Assembly (NCBI GenBank): GCA_035291665.1
Contig: DATDRP010000003.1
Span: 20,549-84,548, forward strand
Reading direction: 5' to 3'
Source of the DNA: Patescibacteria group bacterium
GTDB lineage: Bacteria > Patescibacteriota > Microgenomatia > UBA8517
Length of the DNA stretch: 64,000 nt
Made by a program: the position numbers and the translations under genes. Of the stretch, positions 9,001 through 17,975 are shown in pieces; the first letter of the stretch is position 1, and the number at the start of each line of letters is the position of its first letter. Below the pieces are notes generated by a model that was not told the origin of the DNA, ran no database searches, and saw only the letters and a list, made by a program, of their open reading frames with translations.

Positions 9001-10860
9001 TACATCGTCAATCGGGCTAGCGCCACCATCGCTGGGTTTGGTGTCTATGGCAATTCATCAGGCAATATCGTTTTTGGGGTGGATGATGATACTTCCTGGG
9101 GACCGGACGCAACTGTCACCACCACCTCCAATCTGTACAATCAGTCCTGGCATAATATTGTCGCTGTCAAAACCACCACTTCCAAACTGGAAATCTATGT
9201 TGACGGAGTATTGAATAACCAGTCGACAGCCAGTATCCCCACTGGATCTCTCAGTAACGACCTCACTATTTACCTTATGGACCGGGACGGGGCTAACAAT
9301 GGCGACGAATTCATCGGTGATCTGGACGAAACTCAAATTTTTCTTTCCGCCTTGACTGCAGATCAGGTTAAAGTTCTATATAACCAAGGCTCAGCAGTTG
9401 TCTGGGGAGCAACGTCCACCGATTCCTCCGGCAACGCCAGCTGGTCCTCCACAAACGAGTATTGCCCCCCCGGCCAGGGTTCAACTTGCACCGCCCCGAT
9501 TGTCGAATGGAATTTTGATGAAAATACGGGCCAATATGTCTACGACATTTCCGGAAACAATGTTTGGGGTTGCCTTGAAGATGCCAATTGCAGTAGTCCC
9601 ACTGTCGGAACTGAGGATCCGAAATGGTTTCCGGGAAAAATTGGTTCAGCCTTATCTTTTGACGATACGGATGATGCCGTTTTTATTCCTGATAACGCCA
9701 CTATTGATATTGGCACATCCGACTTTTCGATCGAAGCCTGGATATATCTGAATGATTACAGCTCTGCAACAGACGATATGATACTAAACAAAAGAGAAAC
9801 TGGAATAGGTGACTCCTGTACATCGGCGGCTGCCAACGGCTATGCAATAGTTATCTACACTACCGACGAGCTAGCAGTAGACGTATGTGCTAACCCCAAT
9901 GGTTGGGAAATGTACTCGGCAGCCCAGGCACTTCCAGCTGGCGGCTGGCATCATGTTGTTGCTGTTATTAACCGCACTACCTCCACAAATAGTCTAATCT
10001 ATCTTGACGGAATGTCACTTAGCGTTATACGTACAGGAACCATGCCTACTGCAACAATAGCCAACACTTATAATATTTTTCTTGGAGCTCAATATGGCAA
10101 TGGAGACCTGGATTTTAATGGCAAGATCGATCAGATGAAAATCTATAATTACATCCGCACCCCCGCCCAAGTCGCCTGGGATTATAACCGGGGCAAATCA
10201 ACAGGTTGGTGGAAAATGGACGAAAATACCGGAACAACAACAAATGACTCAAGCGGAAATGCTTATCACTCCCAAACATTTAACGGTGCGACTACCTGGA
10301 CAACCGGTAAATACAATACCGCATTGACTTTTGATGGTACCGACGACAATGTCAGAATCACAGAAGGGACAAAAATTGATTTGGGAGCAACCACGGATAA
10401 CTATTCTGTCTCAGCTTGGTTTAAAACGACTACTAACTACACAACGAACCCCGGTGCGATAGTTGCCAAAGATGACGGATCAGGAGTTTACCCCTTCAGC
10501 CTGCAGGTAAATACCTCCGAACAACCCTGCATAGTTATGAATGACGGCTCTGCCCGTACTCTTTGCGGAACATCAACTGTCAATGACGGAAACTGGCATT
10601 TTATTACAGGTGTAAGAGATGTTTCGGGTGATACTACCACCCTTTACATTGACGCCATCAGGGTCAATTACCAAACCGATCCAACAACTGCAACCATGGT
10701 AAATGATGACAATGTCTCCATTGGAAATTCAGGTGCGGGAAGCTATCTCACTAATGATTTCAACGGTCAAATCGACGACGTTAAACTGTGGAATTATGCA
10801 TTAACCATTCAACAAATCAGAACTGAATATACCGGCGGGACGCTGAAATTCGGACCCTGA
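6088..10860 (+). CDS. Multi-LamG (concanavalin A-like) surface protein with N-terminal signal/anchor
   Basis: About six repeats of WKMDE/FDEG...FDG..D...WHH....IDEVKIY; basic N-terminus plus hydrophobic helix. Confidence 0.9.
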   Translation: MIKRIFNGIRRGRRTRLILAGLLIFIVLPFAINTLLNINSQGVRADTFLKFDEGYGTSSAVNDSNGAVSAGSITGGTWKTEDLCFDGKCLYFDGNGDFVSFADDADLDFAGSDSFSLMGWFRHAPFTPSVDIDHETGDTSQYTSLTDPDSDLSVTAAAAQNGTNYGLAVQIDDTTATYGRKDITANTSGIARYSFYFDINNLTMSEAGDEFTFANIYNSGVNSTSFVNVKRFSGVYTLRAAIVDDAGAASYTSYYTITDAPHYVEVELKRASTVSSSDGTVQLWIDGVAQETKTGVDNYDRFNDFWSVRLGAVSSIDAGTSGTFYVDELEIFTGTPQAILAKYEATEVEGGYKVYLENNGRLDCGIDNENTYFPSDSASTNSSNYDDNRWHHFACVKNGTTSLTLYSDGNRVGLDDSITSSTLENNNLFYIGIDGDGAANDYQGFIDEVKIYRSAKTATEVKGDYVKGSTLGETSASFLKDQSPLSDGLVGYWKMDEASGDAADSSGNGVTLTNQSTVSYVGGKFGNSIDLVPASTDYFSTATDINGIQSISFWVYPDDVTANYFISYSDTVYISVSSGTLAANGFTGTFYVNGKASTTLAVSTWQLVTVTFASINAADTYVGRVGTTANYMDGRIDEVRFYTRALSPGEITNLYNWAPGPIAELKFDEGTGETLYDSSGNGYSASAINGNTWVQGKYSKGIWFDGSADYINVSTGFGTFSPSGATSISAWVNSEVTDSARHMILSLTGTNTIFVMNIEENNNRWLAQSGKAGVGGDDCSGTDVITNGTWYHVTGVFADNKIKLYVNGSLVNTCDYNFSLSASDSTNTWHIGNYEENSSLYYYWKGIIDNPKVYNYARTQAQIIEDMNAGHPAPGSPIGSSVAHWKFDEGGLDMCSGLTNDFCDSSLNANDLAFSTTTGGFTNSGKFGRAFNGDGAVWASRADDSDFDVGTDSFTISFWMKSDNSGGSGTQYIVNRASATIAGFGVYGNSSGNIVFGVDDDTSWGPDATVTTTSNLYNQSWHNIVAVKTTTSKLEIYVDGVLNNQSTASIPTGSLSNDLTIYLMDRDGANNGDEFIGDLDETQIFLSALTADQVKVLYNQGSAVVWGATSTDSSGNASWSSTNEYCPPGQGSTCTAPIVEWNFDENTGQYVYDISGNNVWGCLEDANCSSPTVGTEDPKWFPGKIGSALSFDDTDDAVFIPDNATIDIGTSDFSIEAWIYLNDYSSATDDMILNKRETGIGDSCTSAAANGYAIVIYTTDELAVDVCANPNGWEMYSAAQALPAGGWHHVVAVINRTTSTNSLIYLDGMSLSVIRTGTMPTATIANTYNIFLGAQYGNGDLDFNGKIDQMKIYNYIRTPAQVAWDYNRGKSTGWWKMDENTGTTTNDSSGNAYHSQTFNGATTWTTGKYNTALTFDGTDDNVRITEGTKIDLGATTDNYSVSAWFKTTTNYTTNPGAIVAKDDGSGVYPFSLQVNTSEQPCIVMNDGSARTLCGTSTVNDGNWHFITGVRDVSGDTTTLYIDAIRVNYQTDPTTATMVNDDNVSIGNSGAGSYLTNDFNGQIDDVKLWNYALTIQQIRTEYTGGTLKFGP

Positions 10861-11017
10861 TGATAAAACTCCACCCCGCTTACTCTTAATGCATTTATAG
10901 TTTACTCAATTAATATCAATTTAATCGTGTTATAGCCGTTTAATACATGGATATAAGACATCTGTTATTTGCCATTTCATCTACTTGGGTTTTTAAAAGA
11001 ATGTATAATCAGAAAAA

Positions 11018-11614
11018 ATGAGCATCCTGGATCCGAAGGACTTTTCAAATCAGAATTTATCTGACCGTAAAGTTAAAAGTAATAATTTACCCAGAAGATA
11101 TACCCTGCTGATACTTCTTTTTATTCTGACAGTCATTCCTATTATAGCCGGAGTATATTTTTTGATAATTACTCAAAAGAAAAATTTATCTGTAAATAAT
11201 AGTCAAACTACCGGAAGTGAAATTGAAATCCTTACAAAAGAGATTTCAAAAAGCATAATCCTTCCGGATGAAACTCCTGTACTTGCAACTGTGACGGATC
11301 TTGAAAAAGTGAAGGGTCAAATATTTTTTAAAAATGCACAACTCGGAGACAAAGTTCTTATATATATTCAAGCGAAAAAAGCAATCCTTTACCGCCCAAG
11401 TGGTGGTTTGATAGTTGAAATCGGAACAATTGATCAAAAAACAAAAGACATTCCTGTGGGTCAAAATTCTTTTAACGTAACTCCTTTTGTTACCCCGACA
11501 AAGTTTCCCGACGAAAATATGTATATACCTATCACGTCTCCTTCACCCACCTCCAAAGTAACTCCTTCTGCAACTCCATCCGAAAAACCAGTACCTACCA
11601 ATGTGTTGTATTAA
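11018..11614 (+). CDS. Single-pass membrane protein with Pro/Thr-rich tail (CPR-type conserved domain)
   Basis: One TM; LPDETPVLATVTD...FFKNAQLGDKVLIY...KAILYRPS; TATAAT 8 nt upstream of ATG. Confidence 0.65.
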   Translation: MSILDPKDFSNQNLSDRKVKSNNLPRRYTLLILLFILTVIPIIAGVYFLIITQKKNLSVNNSQTTGSEIEILTKEISKSIILPDETPVLATVTDLEKVKGQIFFKNAQLGDKVLIYIQAKKAILYRPSGGLIVEIGTIDQKTKDIPVGQNSFNVTPFVTPTKFPDENMYIPITSPSPTSKVTPSATPSEKPVPTNVLY

Positions 11615-12038
11615 AATAAAGTTTTTTTCAGCATTTCGTTGTTTACCAAGAATCGGTATGGTGTAGGTAAGAGTAATATACTATGCCTGGCAAATACTTC
11701 ATTCAATTGAATTAATTAATATTTACAGACGTAAATACGGACTTAATATTTTTCGAATTAAAATAATTCAATCAATTAAATTATTTAAAATTGTTATCTG
11801 TCAAAAAGTGCTTTAATTGCTTCGCTGTGAAAACAACAAAAATAGCTTCATTTGACTATATACTATATATATAAGATATATTCAGTTACTTAAATGATCT
11901 ATTAATATTCATTAATTATACTTATGATATACCGTTTTTGACTCTTGACAGTCCTTATACCGATGTTACAGAATAAAAACTAATAGTTATTCGATTTGAT
12001 TTGCGACTTTTAGATTGATGTAATTAATTTATATTTTT

Positions 12039-14069
12039 ATGGATAAAGTATTTGAAAAAACAGAAAAATATATCCTCTTTGTACTTGTTCTGATTCTACC
12101 CTTTACAGTACTGTCTCTTTCCTCTAATCCGTATGTTGTTACAAAATTGATGATTTTGGTTTTTGGTCTCTCATTATATTTATTTGTTAAAGCTGTAAGA
12201 ATTATTGCTACAGGTAAAATTACATTTAATTCTACTGTTTATGATCTTCCGGTACTCATAATAGTATTTGCAACGGTTATTAGCACCATCTACCGGACAC
12301 CGAATAAAATGGAAGGCTTACTTCTCCCGGGAACAACAACGGCGATCGTAGGAGCGGCACTGCTTTTTTTCGCTCTGAATCAGATAAAGGAGAAAAGCGA
12401 CATGGCGAAAGTGCTTATATTTTCAGGTGCTATTTATGCTCTTTTTATAATACTCGCCTTTTTGGGCGTCTTTGAAAAAATCCCCCAGCTTCCGGCGTAT
12501 CTCCGGTCAAAAACATATTCACCGGAAGGCGGTTATTTACCGTCAATGATCTTTTTGGCATCACTTTTACCAGTTTCAATTGCTTGGATTTTATCGCAAA
12601 AAGAAATCGCAGAAAAAACAAAGTATATTGCCGCGAGTGTATCTATTGTAGCCGGACTATTATTATCTGTTTACCAAATCCTTCCCGGCAGACCCCTTTC
12701 CCCCAGATTCCCGTCAATGGGAGTTTCCTGGAATATTGCAGTTGATTCCTTGAAAGAAAGTCCTGTACTTGGAGTCGGACCGGGAAATTATTTGTCCGCG
12801 TTTAATAGATACCGACCGCTTTCATATAATTCAACCAATCTCTGGGCAATAAAATACGCAACAGCATCTAACTTTTATTTTCAACTTCTTACTGAAACCG
12901 GACTCTTGGGAATAGCCGGATTGATACTTCTCTTGACATCTTTATACAAAGTCACGAAAAAAGATCTGAAAGAAACCACTCTTGTGAAATGGGGTTTTGC
13001 CGCAATCGCACCGGTTGTTTCACTTACCCTGCTATTGATTTTCTTATTTGCCTTCCCGGCAACCGCACTATTGATAGTGATGCTTTTTGTGCTTCTTTCT
13101 CTTGGGGCTAAGACTAGCCACAACAATGTTAATCTGACTGTACAAAGACTGAAAGATGAAGACACGGGAGTCTTTTCCGCATCAAAAGTACTGGCTTATG
13201 CTGTTGCGATTCCGATGGCAGCTGTTGTTATATATGTAGTCTATATCGGAGGCAAAATATTAATTGCCGAGTACTACTTTAAGAGTTCTCTTGAAAATCT
13301 CGTTCAAAACCGCGCCCAGGAAACATATGACTCAATGAGGCAGGCAATTACTCTTAATCCCCGGGTAGACCGATACCGTGCCACATTCTCCAGAGTTGCT
13401 TTGATTCTTGCTGACGCAATTGCCCGAAAACCCGAGATCACAGAAACGGACCGGACAACAATAACTCAACTTATCCAGCTTGCAATCTCAGAAGGTAAAG
13501 CCAATGTTGCTTTGAACCCGAGAAGAGCCGGAAATTGGGAAGCTTTGGCACGAACTTACCAGTCAATCATCCCGCTGGCCAATGGTGCTGATGCATTTGC
13601 CGCTCAATCATTCAGTCAGGCAATCGCACTCGATCCTATCAATCCTAACTATAGAATTGCCCTTGGAGGTCTATACTTCAATTCAAAAGATTATGAAACT
13701 TCAGCGAGAGTCTTTGAATTAGCGGTTGCATCCAAAGACGATCTCCCTAACGCTCACTATAACTTAGCCTTTACTTATAAAGAGTTGAATAAAATTGATG
13801 CGGCAATACAACAAATGAGTACAGTCCTTGGATTGGTCCAGCCGGGAACGCCAGATTATGAAACGGCTCAAAAGGCTCTTGAAGATTTGCAAAATAAAAA
13901 GAAGGAGCTTAGTCCTGCCGCAACCGACAACCTGACTCCCCCTCAGCAGCCGGAAGACTTATTAAAACCAAAAGTAGAACTTCCTGCAGGTGCACAGCCT
14001 CCCGAAAATGTTATCACTCCAACCACTGCTCCGGGAGCAGAAGGCGGACAGGTAACTCCAACTCCATAA
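12039..14069 (+). CDS. O-antigen ligase/Wzy_C-like polytopic membrane protein with C-terminal TPRs
   Basis: Many TM helices; PVLGVGPGNY...ETGLLG motif; TPR repeats (AIALDPINPNY, AHYNLA). Confidence 0.8.
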   Translation: MDKVFEKTEKYILFVLVLILPFTVLSLSSNPYVVTKLMILVFGLSLYLFVKAVRIIATGKITFNSTVYDLPVLIIVFATVISTIYRTPNKMEGLLLPGTTTAIVGAALLFFALNQIKEKSDMAKVLIFSGAIYALFIILAFLGVFEKIPQLPAYLRSKTYSPEGGYLPSMIFLASLLPVSIAWILSQKEIAEKTKYIAASVSIVAGLLLSVYQILPGRPLSPRFPSMGVSWNIAVDSLKESPVLGVGPGNYLSAFNRYRPLSYNSTNLWAIKYATASNFYFQLLTETGLLGIAGLILLLTSLYKVTKKDLKETTLVKWGFAAIAPVVSLTLLLIFLFAFPATALLIVMLFVLLSLGAKTSHNNVNLTVQRLKDEDTGVFSASKVLAYAVAIPMAAVVIYVVYIGGKILIAEYYFKSSLENLVQNRAQETYDSMRQAITLNPRVDRYRATFSRVALILADAIARKPEITETDRTTITQLIQLAISEGKANVALNPRRAGNWEALARTYQSIIPLANGADAFAAQSFSQAIALDPINPNYRIALGGLYFNSKDYETSARVFELAVASKDDLPNAHYNLAFTYKELNKIDAAIQQMSTVLGLVQPGTPDYETAQKALEDLQNKKKELSPAATDNLTPPQQPEDLLKPKVELPAGAQPPENVITPTTAPGAEGGQVTPTP

Positions 14070-14134
14070 GAGTAAGAGCTAGAGATAGAGAAAGTGTAAG
14101 TTTAATTCCACTTGCAAGGTGGGCAAATCCTCAT

Positions 14135-14320
14135 AATTTCTAATTAACCTAATTGACCTAATTTCTGTGTTGGAAACAAGAGAACTTGTTCGACATTAAT
14201 AACCAAGCACCAAAATCCAAATAAATTCAAAATCCACGATTCAAGATGAAAGATTGGAGTTTGGAAATTGGTAATTGGATATCATTTGTAATTTGGAATT
14301 TGGTTATTGGTCATTCGTAA
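14135..14320. repeat. Gene-less inverted repeat cassette related to arms of four-helix-bundle gene 1
   Basis: 14135-14165 is a perfect 31-bp reverse complement of 6048-6078; followed by facing ccaa-type and ttgg-type heptamer arrays. Confidence 0.85.
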
Positions 14321-14338
14321 ACAATTCGTGATCAGTTA

Positions 14339-15013
14339 TTAATCAAAGATGGCGTCAAAGTACTGATATGTAAATCCGCCTCGATTCACCCACTCTGATG
14401 AAAAACTGCCGTTTGTTATTAATTTTTTGAAGTATTTGTATTCCCCATCTGATGCTTCGCGAAGGATAAACCAATCCCCGTCTTTATTCACAAATCCGTA
14501 ATAAGAATTGGAGGGGTCGCTTGTATCATCGAGTTCGGCTATCCGGTAACCGTCTGTCGGCTGTTTGATGGCAGGATCTATTAGATTTCCACCCGAATCC
14601 TTCAAAGCTACCGTTCCGGGACCGGGTGCGCTTCCGAAGAAAGCTGCATGGGCGCGTTTGGTGAAGATTGAAAACATAAACACCGAAAGTCCTGCCGAAC
14701 CGATGAGCTTTAAAAATGCCCTGCGGTCAAGGTCGAACTTCCGGTTTTCGGGAATCACATCTGCCTCAAGAAGCTCAACCTCATCGCTTCCGGAACCTTT
14801 TTTCTTACTCTTTTTTATTGCCGGAACCGTCGAAATTTTTTGAATAGTTAACGCTTTCGATCTTTTGGGGGTAATCAGAAATCCAAAATATACTAAAAGC
14901 GGTAAGAATATTAACGTTGCAGTAAGCTGGATTGGAGAAGACACGTATGATATCCCCACCAATAACATGAGTGTTACTACAATAAAATTGTAATAAATTA
15001 TCAATTTCTTCAT
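14339..15013 (-). CDS. Membrane protein with internal twin-arginine (Tat) signal
   Basis: Two N-terminal TMs, then DRRAFLK, a hydrophobic segment and AHA-A. Confidence 0.75.
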   Translation of the reverse strand: MKKLIIYYNFIVVTLMLLVGISYVSSPIQLTATLIFLPLLVYFGFLITPKRSKALTIQKISTVPAIKKSKKKGSGSDEVELLEADVIPENRKFDLDRRAFLKLIGSAGLSVFMFSIFTKRAHAAFFGSAPGPGTVALKDSGGNLIDPAIKQPTDGYRIAELDDTSDPSNSYYGFVNKDGDWFILREASDGEYKYFKKLITNGSFSSEWVNRGGFTYQYFDAIFD

Positions 15014-15052
15014 AAATTCAGGCTGACTGCGCTAATGTAATTTTTTACGCTG

Positions 15053-15784
15053 TCACAAAATTTTTATATATTTATCAAGAACAAATCCGTAAATGTTCGA
15101 ATCTAAAACAATTTCATACCAATTGTTCTTATACTCTACATATCCGTATTCTTCACCGTCATTTGCTTTTTTGATAATTTCAAACCCCGTGGAAGGGCCT
15201 GTTCGTATATTGACATAACCAAGGTTTGCCGGAGCAATAATTTTCAACTTGCCTGCAACTTCCCGTTCCGGCTTTTGGGAAACGCTGCCGCTTTCAGTAC
15301 TAACCAAAGTATTATTCTCATTTGAAAACGTTTTCTCCCATTTAGCCGGTTCTGGTTCATGATCTTTTTGTGACTTTACTTTATCGATATTTTTTACTCC
15401 GAGTGCAAAAAATATCATAAAAAGAAAAATCATGATAATAATATTCTTCCTGCCCAGCTTTACCTCTGGGTTTAAGCCTTTTTTAACACTGGCTGTAGTT
15501 TTTACCAAAGTTATAAGAAGGTATAAAGGAACAGGAAGAAATACGAATTGAAAAATTAAAGTTTTTATATCTTTTGAATTAGCAAACCCGCTGATGCTTA
15601 AAAAAATCGCAAGAATTGTGCATATGAACATAAAACCAATACCGGAAAAACTGGCCAGTTTACCTTCTTTTTTCGAAGAAATTCGGGAAGCGTAATTACC
15701 GGGATTGGAAATGGCGGTTTTTTCTATTTTGGAATCATCCGAAACGGGGTGATTCGATTTCTCATTAAGGACAGTATTCTTCAT
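15053..15784 (-). CDS. 3-TM membrane protein with C-terminal SH3b domain
   Basis: YVNIRTGPSTGFEII...NNWYEI...YGFV SH3_3 motif. Confidence 0.8.
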   Translation of the reverse strand: MKNTVLNEKSNHPVSDDSKIEKTAISNPGNYASRISSKKEGKLASFSGIGFMFICTILAIFLSISGFANSKDIKTLIFQFVFLPVPLYLLITLVKTTASVKKGLNPEVKLGRKNIIIMIFLFMIFFALGVKNIDKVKSQKDHEPEPAKWEKTFSNENNTLVSTESGSVSQKPEREVAGKLKIIAPANLGYVNIRTGPSTGFEIIKKANDGEEYGYVEYKNNWYEIVLDSNIYGFVLDKYIKIL

Positions 15785-15794
15785 TGGGTATTTA

Positions 15795-16553
15795 TTACTG
15801 TTTATTTGTTTCTCTCAGATACGGAAAATTGGTCCAGCCAACTGTTCCGTCAAGAAGTTTTATTTGATACCAATTGGCCTCTTTTTTCAAATACTCATAA
15901 ATAAGGCCATATTCCATCTTACCTATAATTTTTGAATTGTTGAGCTTTTGTTCATAGACATCACAGGTTGCGTATTTTGAATCAGATAAAGTAAGGTATC
16001 CCAAAAGCGGTGCTTCTGTCGGGGTTGGCGTAACATCCGCCTGGTTTTCCAAGGTCGCCAAAAGATCGGCCAGTTTAGTCACATCACCTGAAACTCCCAG
16101 GATTTCATTCAAACTCCTTTGTTCTGCCCGGATTTGCGAAAGCTCCTCTTTGATTGAAGATAATTCTTTGGTAATTCCGGAGTTATCGTCTTTGGCGGTG
16201 CTTACAGTTGCCTCCTTGGTGCTGGCAGCTTCGGTATCTGTTGAAAGAACCTGTTTATTATCAGACGTCAGAGGTAATTTCCTTGTTCCGTTTATAAAAT
16301 AAGAAACAGCTCCTGTTATGATTATCAAAACCATAACCGTTAACAGTTTGGCAGCACTAATTGGAGTTGCGTTTTTAGCAAAAGCATTATCTTTTACTTT
16401 TCCTGCACGAATCCCGGTAAAAGCCAATACCGGAACAAACATGGAAAGCAGTATCACATTTACCGGCATCGGGAAAAACAGTATTGTAACAACAAAAAAT
16501 ACAACTGTAAAAATTAACAGATAGTAATAAAGAAATTTATCTATTTTCCCCAT
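15795..16553 (-). CDS. 3-TM membrane protein with coiled coil and degenerate SH3b domain
   Basis: TM helices, heptad segment, C-terminal KEANWYQIKLLDGTVGW. Confidence 0.7.
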   Translation of the reverse strand: MGKIDKFLYYYLLIFTVVFFVVTILFFPMPVNVILLSMFVPVLAFTGIRAGKVKDNAFAKNATPISAAKLLTVMVLIIITGAVSYFINGTRKLPLTSDNKQVLSTDTEAASTKEATVSTAKDDNSGITKELSSIKEELSQIRAEQRSLNEILGVSGDVTKLADLLATLENQADVTPTPTEAPLLGYLTLSDSKYATCDVYEQKLNNSKIIGKMEYGLIYEYLKKEANWYQIKLLDGTVGWTNFPYLRETNKQ

Positions 16554-16561
16554 GATTCATT

Positions 16562-16690
16562 TTAACAAACAACAAGCTACTAATTAACTGCTAATTTAAA
16601 ATCACTAATTAATACAAATTCCTATTCGTGATAATTCGCGTTTCCCATTAGTGAGTAATTCGTGATTATAATACAATTGCAATTCGTGAA
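16562..16690. repeat. Gene-less copy of GxxExxY cassette arms (cactaatt / aattcgtg arrays)
   Basis: ttaaaatcactaatt (16596-16610) = 28609-28623; attcctattcgtga (16618-16631) = 29056-29069; homologous to 31467-31571. Confidence 0.85.
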
Positions 16691-16722
16691 CCTAATATCT
16701 TAATATCGAATCACCTAGTATC
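16691..16722 (+). repeat. 32-bp dispersed TAATATC element, copy 1
   Basis: cctaatatcttaatatcgaatcacctagtatc. Confidence 0.8.
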
Positions 16723-16786
16723 TTTTTTGGTAATTCGTAGCCAACTCTTGCAATTTATATCTTTTTGGCCTATATAATGACTAAAT

Positions 16787-17293
16787 ATGAAAAAAGAATA
16801 TACACTCCTTTTTATTGCAGGACTTTTTCTTCTTGCCTACTTACTTGATGCAGTTGTAAACCCGCTTGGCGTCCGACTGCCAACACCTTACCATTACTTT
16901 ACGGGTGAATACCTTTACAAATATCCATTTACAACAGCATCAATTGTCATTAAAGCAATAGGTCTTTTTCTTACACCTCTTTGGCTCTTTTCGTTCATGG
17001 GGAAAAAATATTTCCTGAAAGGCATCATCTTATTGATACTGGCTGTTTTAATGCAATTGTACGCTCTCCAGGATATCGTTACGCGTGCAGCAGTAGTACC
17101 GATTGAGTGGTCTTTATCAATTTCGATGGCCGGTGTCGCCCTTTTCATTCCTGTAGTATTATTTCTCTTCGGCGGCATTATCGCAAAAATCTTTGGCTTG
17201 GATAAGGAAGAGTTGGATGCAGAAGAAGAAGATGATGACGAAGGTATATTAACCGGTGAGAGTGAAAGTGAAACAAAAGAAACTCAAGGCTAA
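16787..17293 (+). CDS. Hypothetical 4-TM membrane protein with acidic tail
   Basis: 168 aa, four hydrophobic segments, TATAAT 8 nt before ATG. Confidence 0.7.
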   Translation: MKKEYTLLFIAGLFLLAYLLDAVVNPLGVRLPTPYHYFTGEYLYKYPFTTASIVIKAIGLFLTPLWLFSFMGKKYFLKGIILLILAVLMQLYALQDIVTRAAVVPIEWSLSISMAGVALFIPVVLFLFGGIIAKIFGLDKEELDAEEEDDDEGILTGESESETKETQG

Positions 17294-17345
17294 ATCCTCA
17301 AATCAATAAGGGTTATTTTTCCCAAGAAAAAGTGTATTACAAAAG

Positions 17346-17747
17346 TCAATTATTGTTCCTTGCTTGTTGAGCCCGGGTAACAAGATTCCATACAAATTTT
17401 TGACCGACTACCACCAGAACTCCGAGATATAAAGCCCATCTCCAACCAGAAATACCGAATCCCAGTACGTTTGCCACACGGGTAATTAACCATATTCCAA
17501 GTGAGTTTACAACCCAAAAATAAATCCAGGTGACCGTTCCCGCTTCATATTTTATTCCCCGTGACATAATAATATCCCAAGCTGTCCAAACCAATACCGT
17601 CAGCCAAAAGGACGAATAAATTGCCGCTTCAACTGTTGTAAATTTCCAAGTTCCAAAGACAAAATCATTCGGAAAAGCCTTACCCGCGAAATAAAAAAGT
17701 AAGAAGTTTATCAGCCAAAATGCAAGATATAATACGTGGTTATACAT
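17346..17747 (-). CDS. Hypothetical 4-TM, Trp-rich membrane protein
   Basis: 133 aa hydrophobic ORF with strong SD GGAGGTG upstream. Confidence 0.7.
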   Translation of the reverse strand: MYNHVLYLAFWLINFLLFYFAGKAFPNDFVFGTWKFTTVEAAIYSSFWLTVLVWTAWDIIMSRGIKYEAGTVTWIYFWVVNSLGIWLITRVANVLGFGISGWRWALYLGVLVVVGQKFVWNLVTRAQQARNNN

Positions 17748-17819
17748 TATTTTCTCTCACCTCCCTCAAGAATATAGTATAACAACTTTACCGAAGGTAA
17801 AGAAGAGAAAAGATATTGA

Positions 17820-17975
17820 TTGTAAGCGGTAGGAAGTGAGATGTGAGAAGTGAGTTGTGAGTGATGGGTAATTAGTCTTAAGTATCCAGTTGTACGCGGT
17901 AAGTTGTAGGTTGTAGGAAGTGAGTTGTAGTAAATTAGTAGTAATTCGTGATAATAATTCGTGACTAATTAGTGA
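17820..17975. repeat. Purine-rich heptamer array plus aattcgtg array
   Basis: aagtgag/atgtgag/ttgtgag/ttgtagg units followed by aattcgtga/aattagtga units. Confidence 0.8.
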
